The translations under genes and the position numbers were made by a program. Of a DNA stretch of 64,000 nucleotides, positions 58,132-64,000 are shown piece after piece (position 1 is the first letter of the stretch; the number at the start of each line of letters is the position of its first letter). The DNA comes from Candidatus Uhrbacteria bacterium (lineage in GTDB: Bacteria > Patescibacteriota > Patescibacteriia > UBA9934 > GWF2-40-263). Under the pieces are notes generated by a model. That model saw only the letters and a program-made list of their open reading frames with translations. It did not search any database and had not been told where the DNA came from. The stretch spans positions 56,940 through 120,939 of the forward strand of contig JAPLZK010000002.1 in the NCBI GenBank assembly GCA_026395055.1. The letters are read 5' to 3'.

Positions 58132-58791
58132 ATGGCAAAGCAGTCCTGGAGAATTAAGCTCGAGCAATGGCTCGCAGCAAATGGTGACGACGGCATGTCC
58201 GGAGTTGTGGATCATCTTGCGATTTTGACTCGCACAACGAGTCTTGTGCGCAAGCCTGGATTCAAAAAAGCTCTGGAGAAATTTTTGGACGAATGGGCCG
58301 GTCTTCCCGAGCAGAAGGAAGATCCGATCCTGCGCCGCCTGTTCGAGGACGAAACAATCACCATCGCCCCGTGCGACGGTTCTCGTTACATCGGCAAGCA
58401 GGAAAAGACGTTCGTCGCCGGCATCGATGGTGATTTCGAGCGATGGAATTTGAACAATCGCGGCAAGTCGACCGATGCGGCGAACGTTTCCGTCTTTGAA
58501 ATGATCAAGGACGCGACGTTCGCACAGATGTTCGGCTCCCTCGGATCGGATCTCGACAAGCTGTGTCTCAGCCAGGATCAGATCATCAAGTTCTGTGAGA
58601 CCAATCGGGACAAACTTCGCAAAGACGGCTACGCCACATTCTTTCTCTTCAAGGAGAATGAAAATTTCTTCGTGGCGGGCGTGGACGTGAGCTCCGATGG
58701 CCTGAGCGTCCTCGTCGGCCCGTTCGAGCACGACGGTGTCTGGTATGCGGGCTGTGTGCATCGTGTCGTCATCCCGCAACTGACCGTTTGA
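58132..58791 (+). CDS. DGR target protein with C-terminal variable region
   Basis: 219 aa; last ~40 codons (58666-58789) are the variable-region partner of the template repeat at 59098-59221. Confidence 0.6.
   Translation: MAKQSWRIKLEQWLAANGDDGMSGVVDHLAILTRTTSLVRKPGFKKALEKFLDEWAGLPEQKEDPILRRLFEDETITIAPCDGSRYIGKQEKTFVAGIDGDFERWNLNNRGKSTDAANVSVFEMIKDATFAQMFGSLGSDLDKLCLSQDQIIKFCETNRDKLRKDGYATFFLFKENENFFVAGVDVSSDGLSVLVGPFEHDGVWYAGCVHRVVIPQLTV
58666..58789 (+). repeat. DGR variable region (VR)
   Basis: 124 nt; 16 differences from TR, 15 at TR adenines. Confidence 0.65.
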
Positions 58792-59097
58792 TTCTTATCA
58801 TTCGGAAAACCCTTAGACCCTTTGTCCCTCTGACTCTTTGTGAGTTGGAGGGATTTTTTGTATAATCAATTTGCAGTCGTGCGATATTTCATGGTCAAGG
58901 CTGTGGGGTCACGATTGTTTGGAATGGTCATCCAGAATTTTGTCGGCTACGGCTTGCAAAAGTGCGGTGATGATTCTGACAAACAAAAACTTTTCAGTTG
59001 GTGCGATGTGCTTGCGGACTTCTTCGTCCCAAATAAAATTCAGCTAGATTTCTCGTGCACGATAAATCGGCAGTGATCTTGATGGCTCATCGTACAA

Positions 59098-59221
59098 TTC
59101 TTCGTGGCGAACGTGAACGTGAACTCGGATGGCCTGAACGTCAACGTCAACCCGTTCGAGAACGACAATGTCTGGAATGCGGACTGTGTGCATCGTGTCG
59201 TCATCCCGAAACTGACCGTTT
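59098..59221 (+). repeat. DGR template repeat (TR)
   Basis: non-coding copy rich in AAC codons (AACGTGAACGTGAAC...AACGTCAACGTCAAC...AACGACAAT). Confidence 0.65.
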
Positions 59222-59599
59222 CTCCTCCGTTTGAACGGGAGGAGTTTTCTTTTCCACGTCTTTTTTCCATCCGCCAAGCATTCTTCCAATTTCATCTAAA
59301 TCAAGGGAAAGTGCCGTATATTTATCGTTCGGGAGACATTTGTTTTCCCACGCGATTTGTAAAAAGAATTTCACGCCATCCAGTTTTGAAATGCAGACGT
59401 TGAGCCGATTCATCTTTTGTTCGCCGGAAAGATATTGCGAAACAAAGATTTGTTCGAGCATTTCCAGAAAGTATCCTTCAATTTTTCCTCCGAGATTATG
59501 GCGCGATGTTTTTGGAAAATCTGCAAGTAGTTTAAACCAAACAGCATAAGCGCTCCTCGTCTTTGTCATAACCGAAGGAGTTCGGGGGGGGGGATCCAA
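59201..59599 (-). CDS. Avd-like four-helix-bundle accessory protein (opposite strand; start uncertain)
   Basis: AYAVWFKLLADFPK...LDGVKFFLQIAWENKCLPNDKYTALSLDLDEIGRMLGG resembles the four-helix-bundle/Avd family; overlaps TR 3' end. Confidence 0.4.
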   Translation of the reverse strand: MDPPPRTPSVMTKTRSAYAVWFKLLADFPKTSRHNLGGKIEGYFLEMLEQIFVSQYLSGEQKMNRLNVCISKLDGVKFFLQIAWENKCLPNDKYTALSLDLDEIGRMLGGWKKDVEKKTPPVQTEEKRSVSG

Positions 59600-59623
59600 T
59601 CATAGACATTCAATGGTGAAAAT

Positions 59624-60634
59624 ATGAAAAAATTTAAACGCGCTTATCAAGATATCATAACGGTCGATAATTTACTTCACGCATGGGAACAATTTTTACC
59701 GGGCAAGAAGAAGCGGACGGATGTTATTGAATTTCAAAATCGTCTCATGAACAATTTGTTTGATCTGCATCGAGCGCTCGTCGAGAAGACGTTTATACAC
59801 GGAGCCTATCATGCGTTTAATATCTCGGATCCAAAGCCAAGAAATATTCACAAGGCAACTGTTCGTGATCGATTGCTTCATCACCTCATTCATTCAGAGC
59901 TGTATGGATATTTCGATCAGAAGTTTATTTACGATTCTTATTCATGCCGAATCGAGAAGGGGACACATAGGGCCATGAATCGGTTTAGAGAGTTTGGCAG
60001 AATCGTTTCGAAAAATAATACGCGTACTTGTTGGGTTTTGAAATGCGATATTCGAAAATTTTTTGCAAATATTGATCACAACATCTTGAAAAGTATTTTG
60101 GGTAAGCATATCGACGATAAAGACGTGTTGAATTTGCTTAATCATCTTGTCGATAGTTTTTCGACTCCGGGGAAGAAAGATGTCGGACTTCCACTCGGCA
60201 ACCTAACCTCACAGCTTCTGGTGAACATTTACATGAATGAGTTTGATCAGTTTATGAAACGGACGATCAAGACCGAGTATTACATGCGATATGCAGATGA
60301 TTTTGTGATCTTGCACGAGAGTCGAGAGTATTTGAGCGAGATGATTTCAAATATCTCAGAATTCCTTGAGTCACATTTGAAATTATCTTTGCATCCGGAC
60401 AAATTGTTTCTAGAAACGCTCGTCTCCGGAGTTGATTTCCTTGGCTGGGTCCATTTTCCCCACCACCGAGTCTTACGAACAGCCACAAAGAGACGGATGT
60501 TAAGAAATGTTCGGAATTCAGAAGATTTGGCCACGTTTTACTCTTATGAGGGTATGCTAGCTCATGGGAATGGATTCAAATTGATTCGGAAGGCTGAATC
60601 ATCATTTTCAAAGGTTTTTGCCACAGTCTTTTGA
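59624..60634 (+). CDS. DGR reverse transcriptase
   Basis: RT motifs incl. YADDFVIL and DGR-diagnostic LPLGNLTSQ (GxxxSQ); 336 aa without maturase/En domains. Confidence 0.75.
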   Translation: MKKFKRAYQDIITVDNLLHAWEQFLPGKKKRTDVIEFQNRLMNNLFDLHRALVEKTFIHGAYHAFNISDPKPRNIHKATVRDRLLHHLIHSELYGYFDQKFIYDSYSCRIEKGTHRAMNRFREFGRIVSKNNTRTCWVLKCDIRKFFANIDHNILKSILGKHIDDKDVLNLLNHLVDSFSTPGKKDVGLPLGNLTSQLLVNIYMNEFDQFMKRTIKTEYYMRYADDFVILHESREYLSEMISNISEFLESHLKLSLHPDKLFLETLVSGVDFLGWVHFPHHRVLRTATKRRMLRNVRNSEDLATFYSYEGMLAHGNGFKLIRKAESSFSKVFATVF

Positions 60635-60773
60635 TTTCTTGACGCGACCCTCAAAAAATGGTATAAATGATGTAGAAAGTAGGAAGTAGAAAGCATAAAG
60701 GGATTCGATAATCTCTTTTTTCTTCCCACTTCCCACCTTTCTACTTTCTACTCACCCCTTTCTCCTTACTCCT

Positions 60774-61007
60774 ATGCCAGTACCAGCCCGTAAAAAGTCG
60801 AACGCCTCCGGCAAGCGCCGCCGTTCCCATGATCATCTTACAAAGAAGGTCATGCCAAACTGCCCACAGTGTTCTGCTCCTGTAAAACCACATAACGCTT
60901 GCCTTTCATGCGGTTTTTATGGTGGAAAACAAGTTATTTCTGTTGGAACGTCCACAGTAAAAATTGTAAAATCTGCAGCCAAGAAGGCGCCAAAAAAGAA
61001 AGCTTAA
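60774..61007 (+). CDS. rpmF: 50S ribosomal protein L32
   Basis: MPVPARKKSNASGKRRRSHDHL, CPQC...CLSCG. Confidence 0.85.
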   Translation: MPVPARKKSNASGKRRRSHDHLTKKVMPNCPQCSAPVKPHNACLSCGFYGGKQVISVGTSTVKIVKSAAKKAPKKKA

Positions 61008-61072
61008 TGCTTTCTTTTTGTTTTCTGAGTGCGGGGTGAGGGCACCTCGCCTATTATTTAAATGTTCTTTTT

Positions 61073-61573
61073 ATGTCAAACAGACATTTGTCCCGAACTA
61101 TCGCCATGCAATCCCTGTACCAGTGGGATTTTCTTGGCATGGAAGATGAAAAAATTGAAGATATCATCGCATTCAATCGACAAGAGTTTGCGCCAAAGTT
61201 CGATGATCAAAAATTCGTTGAGAATCTTGTGCATGGAGTTATGGAGAAACGTGATGTGATTGATGAATTCATCACACGCTTTGCTCCAGACTGGCCACTT
61301 GAGTCGCTTACGCTCATCGATCGCAATATTTTGCGTCTTGGAGTGTATGAATTAAAGTTTGCAGATGCGATTCCTGCAAAAGTTGCGATCAACGAAGCGA
61401 TCGAGCTTGCGAAAGGCTTTGGCGGACAATCAAGCGGTCGTTTCGTAAACGGAGTGCTTGGCGCTGTCTATAAAGATATGGTCGCAAAAGGGGAAGTAAA
61501 GAAGGTTGATCAGGAAGTGAAGGAAGAAAAGAAAGAAGAACCTAAAAAATTAGAGGAAGTAATTGCTGAATAA
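61073..61573 (+). CDS. nusB: transcription antitermination factor NusB
   Basis: RHLSRTIAMQSLYQWDF, NusB fold with Lys/Glu-rich C-terminal extension. Confidence 0.8.
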   Translation: MSNRHLSRTIAMQSLYQWDFLGMEDEKIEDIIAFNRQEFAPKFDDQKFVENLVHGVMEKRDVIDEFITRFAPDWPLESLTLIDRNILRLGVYELKFADAIPAKVAINEAIELAKGFGGQSSGRFVNGVLGAVYKDMVAKGEVKKVDQEVKEEKKEEPKKLEEVIAE

Positions 61574-61575
61574 TT

Positions 61576-62271
61576 ATGCCAAAGACAGATCTCGCCGATC
61601 TCGAGCAAACCCTTGGTGTCACGTTTCTGAATAAGGATCTGTTACAACAAGCGCTTGTTCACCGATCCTACTTAAATGAACATCCAGATTTTCGTCTGGG
61701 TCACAACGAACGTCTCGAGTTTCTTGGGGACGCCGTTTTAGAACTTGTTGTCACAGAGCACTTGTACTCACACTTTGAAAATCCAGAAGGAGAACTGACA
61801 AACTGGCGCGCGGCGCTTGTGAATGCAGAAATGCTCGCCGAGCTTTGTAATAAACTTGAGATTGAACCGTACCTGCATCTTTCCCGTGGGGAATCAAAGG
61901 ACACAGGATCAAAAGCACGTAAATATATTCTTGCAAACGCGTTTGAAGCAATCATTGGTGCGATCTACCTCGATCAAGGCTGGGATGGCGCAAAAAAGTT
62001 TATTGATGCGCGTGTCTTGTCCGAACTTGAACGTATTTTGAAGGATCAGCTTTATATTGATCCAAAGAGTCGTTTCCAAGAAGCGGCACAAGAGCATGAA
62101 GGTGTCACACCGTCTTATAAAGTTTTGTCAGAGACCGGGCCGGACCACGCAAAAGAATTTATTGTCGGCGTGTTTATTGGAAAAGAACAAATTGCTTCCG
62201 GAACCGGAATGTCAAAACAAGAAGCACAGGTTGCAGCCGCTCAGGCGGGAATCGAAAAGAAAAAATGGTAA
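61576..62271 (+). CDS. rnc: ribonuclease III
   Basis: ERLEFLGDAVLELVVTEHLY RNase III signature, C-terminal dsRBD. Confidence 0.9.
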   Translation: MPKTDLADLEQTLGVTFLNKDLLQQALVHRSYLNEHPDFRLGHNERLEFLGDAVLELVVTEHLYSHFENPEGELTNWRAALVNAEMLAELCNKLEIEPYLHLSRGESKDTGSKARKYILANAFEAIIGAIYLDQGWDGAKKFIDARVLSELERILKDQLYIDPKSRFQEAAQEHEGVTPSYKVLSETGPDHAKEFIVGVFIGKEQIASGTGMSKQEAQVAAAQAGIEKKKW

Positions 62272-62307
62272 AGAAAAAATCGACTCACGTGAGTCGATTT
62301 TATTTTT

Positions 62308-62889
62308 TTATTGGGTTAGTTCTAGTACGGCTTTGAGTGCGCTTGGTAATTCTGTCGTTCCGCCATCTCCACTGAAATGTCCCATTGCATGCTCAATGAT
62401 AATCTGTGATCCGAGTTCGTCTCGAAATCGATCTTGATTCTCAAGCGGAACGTATTCATCGTTGTCTGAGAAAATAGCAATCGATTTTGGAAGATGTGAT
62501 TTTACTTTTTCGATATCGAGCGGACGTTCGAGCCAATGCTTTGCAATGCCCCGAACTTCTTCTTCGTCCTCGAGATTTGTGAGTCTCGAGAGGAAGCCTG
62601 CAACAAACACGGCGCCACCAACTTGAATACTCTTGGGAAGCGTTTCGAGATATCTCACAATCGTCTGACATCCCATTGAGTGGCCGACGAAGTATGTATT
62701 CTCATCCGCTTCGCCGACGACGTTTGACAGTGCGGGGACCCAATTGTAAATGCGTGGAGCATTTGCTTCCGGCATTTGTGGAGCGATCACTTCGAAACCT
62801 TGTTTTTCGAGCTCAAGCTTAAGCCAAGGAAACCAACCGTGTTCTGGGGTGCCATCCCAGCCATGAATCATGAAAACGCGTTTATGCAT
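62308..62889 (-). CDS. alpha/beta hydrolase (YdeN/RBBP9-like serine hydrolase)
   Basis: FMIHGWDGTPEHGW, nucleophile elbow GHSMGC. Confidence 0.55.
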   Translation of the reverse strand: MHKRVFMIHGWDGTPEHGWFPWLKLELEKQGFEVIAPQMPEANAPRIYNWVPALSNVVGEADENTYFVGHSMGCQTIVRYLETLPKSIQVGGAVFVAGFLSRLTNLEDEEEVRGIAKHWLERPLDIEKVKSHLPKSIAIFSDNDEYVPLENQDRFRDELGSQIIIEHAMGHFSGDGGTTELPSALKAVLELTQ

Positions 62890-62964
62890 ATGTGTGAAGG
62901 ATAGAAGCGAGAAGAGGAGAAGTCAAGAATAAAAAAACTTCGAATCAGGATTCGAAGTTGAGAA

Positions 62965-63276
62965 TTACCACAGCAAGTCTTTGAACTTGAGTGTGTGCCG
63001 AGTGTCTTCTCTTGCGAAGTGTACGTCGAGAACGTTTGATGTTGTGCCGTGCGTGTTTGGTTTCAGGATTTTTCGCACGACACCGCGAGCGCCTTCTTGC
63101 GCGCCGAACCTGCCATTTGCGGTTACGACTTGGCCGCATCGAATACGTCGTTCACCTTGTCGAATCGCGGCGATTACATTGTTCACACTGTATTCGAGGA
63201 CGAATCCGCCTACGTGTTCTTCACGAACGGTGGGGATGGGAAGTGCGTCATCGACGGGGGTGAATTTTACGTGCAC
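62965..63276 (-). CDS. hypothetical small protein
   Basis: 103-aa ORF; no motif recognised. Confidence 0.25.
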   Translation of the reverse strand: MHVKFTPVDDALPIPTVREEHVGGFVLEYSVNNVIAAIRQGERRIRCGQVVTANGRFGAQEGARGVVRKILKPNTHGTTSNVLDVHFAREDTRHTLKFKDLLW

Positions 63277-63393
63277 GAGAAGCTCCTGTATGAAAAAAGA
63301 ATTCTGTGGAACACGATGATATCAATTTTATTTCGTTCGGTCAATGGTTCTTGTGAAAGAAAAAACACGCCACGTGAAGTGGTGTGTTTTTGG

Positions 63394-63468
63394 TGGTGCA
63401 CCGGGAGGGGATCGAACCCTCGACCAAGAGATTAAGAGTCTCCTGCTCTACCGCTGAGCTACCGATGC
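63394..63468 (-). tRNA. tRNA-Lys (CUU)
   Basis: GCATCGG/CCGGTGC acceptor (one G-U), D-arm GCTCAGCGGTAGAGC, anticodon loop CUCUUAA, GGTTCGATCC T-arm, encoded CCA. Confidence 0.85.
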
Positions 63469-63601
63469 GCATAAACTCTCAAAATTTGCGCCCAGCCAGC
63501 TTAGCCCTGTGCTTCGCGCTCGAAGGGCTGTTCGCCCATCTCGCTTGCGGTGCTCGGTCTGCGCCGACTGTGCATCAAATTTTGAGAGTTTATGCATGCG
63601 C
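63467..63601. repeat. long inverted repeat / hairpin element between tRNA genes
   Basis: 18-bp perfect arms ATAAACTCTCAAAATTTG (63471-63488) and CAAATTTTGAGAGTTTAT (63576-63593) extended by GCGC/GCGC; GC-rich 87-nt interior with further pairing. Confidence 0.55.
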
Positions 63602-63651
63602 TTCGTATTTGCATACGGAACATACTGTGCGACAGAATAATACTGAATTGA

Positions 63652-63680
63652 TTGACGAACGTCAATATTTGCATTATGAT
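63652..63680 (+). promoter_or_regulatory. promoter of tRNA-Arg (TTGACG-N17-TATGAT) with TTGACGAACGTCAA palindrome
   Basis: spacing 17 nt; -10 ends 17 nt before tRNA 5' end. Confidence 0.45.
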
Positions 63681-63697
63681 TCCGTCGTTCAGCATAT

Positions 63698-63774
63698 GCG
63701 GGCATAGCTCAGCTGGATAGAGCACCAGTCTTCGGAACTGGGTGTCGGGGGTTCAAATCCCTCTGCCCGCACCA
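63698..63774 (+). tRNA. tRNA-Arg (UCG)
   Basis: GCGGGCA/TGCCCGC acceptor, GCTCAGCTGGATAGAGC D-arm, anticodon loop CUUCGGA, GGTTCAAATCC T-arm, encoded CCA. Confidence 0.85.
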
Positions 63775-64000
63775 ACAACCCATCACCTTGCGTGGTGGTT
63801 TTTTGTTTGCAGGAATCATTGACATTTTGGGAAAAACCTGATAGGTTTTGCTCTGTTGAGCGGTTTCAACAGAGTTTATTATCGGAACGGAGGATAGGAT
63901 GGCACAAAGTAATCCACAGAATAACAATGCTCTTGTTTTTGGGGCTGCTGTAGCCGTGGCGTTTGTATTGATCCTGGTGGCCTTCGTGGCAAGTCATCCA

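Noticed and set aside
59104-59403. 99-aa plus-strand ORF across the DGR template repeat
   Set aside because: It is merely the translation of the TR copy (mirrors the target gene C-terminus with Asn codons); TRs are non-coding.
59624-60634. Group II intron-encoded reverse transcriptase or retron interpretation
   Set aside because: The ORF lacks maturase (X) and endonuclease domains, carries the DGR-specific GxxxSQ motif, and sits next to an obvious TR/VR pair with adenine-specific differences; no intron domain V/VI or retron msr/msd-like structure was seen.
1-64000. CRISPR arrays, rRNA genes, prophage structural genes, transposase/integrase genes
   Set aside because: No direct-repeat/spacer periodicity, no rRNA-like conserved stretches and no recognisable transposase or integrase motifs were found on either strand; the repeats present are inverted or palindromic, not CRISPR-like.

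Overview
This 64-kb bacterial window has a conserved housekeeping backbone interrupted by several accessory loci that look GC-richer by eye and are poorly characterised.

Housekeeping genes recognised: SMC-like ATPase, nrnA (DHH phosphoesterase), clpP, VanW-family protein, Hsp20, two TrmB-type regulators, ribE/ribH, a TrxB-like oxidoreductase, gpsA, tsaD/tsaE, a type-IV-pilus/T2SS ATPase, ftsH, rpsA, gyrA, rpmF, nusB, rnc, and tRNA-Glu(UUC), tRNA-Lys(CUU), tRNA-Arg(UCG).

Accessory loci, in order:
1. 0-8 kb: a plus-strand array of about 17 small genes for secreted, lipoprotein or membrane proteins. Successive genes are separated by a bipartite module: a GC hairpin, an invariant CTTTTCCAGAGA box, a second hairpin whose stems covary, then the ribosome-binding site.
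2. 8.07-8.58 kb: a DUF559 (Vsr-like) endonuclease gene precisely flanked by perfect 44-bp inverted repeats.
3. 16.5-17.9 kb: an operon of four paralogous small MKVL zinc-ribbon proteins plus a NUDIX hydrolase.
4. 20.9-30.4 kb: an island with a zinc-ribbon + kinase-like protein, two tandem vWA paralogs, a divergent PurA (adenylosuccinate synthetase) paralog and hypotheticals. Two of its genes share a promoter/operator block.
5. 33.5-42.2 kb: a minus-strand locus of four paralogous WD40/beta-propeller proteins, a 905-aa coiled-coil AAA+ ATPase, an NrdG-like radical SAM enzyme and two small ORFs. The AAA+ gene and the propeller genes are each preceded by a near-identical ~95-bp element carrying the perfect 18-bp palindrome GGCGATCACGTGATCGCC. 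All four propellers and one vWA protein from island 4 end in the same tail, TP(L/F)Ix(D/E)LPV-COOH.
6. 57.9-60.7 kb: a complete diversity-generating retroelement (DGR). It has a target gene whose 3' variable region differs from a downstream template repeat almost only at template adenines, an Avd-like gene, and a reverse transcriptase with the GxxxSQ motif.

Smaller observations: palindromic repeat elements downstream of nrnA and tsaD, a candidate ~220-nt small RNA, and a long inverted repeat between the two 3' tRNA genes.

No CRISPR array and no rRNA were seen. Functional calls rest on motif recognition by eye; no database search was run.
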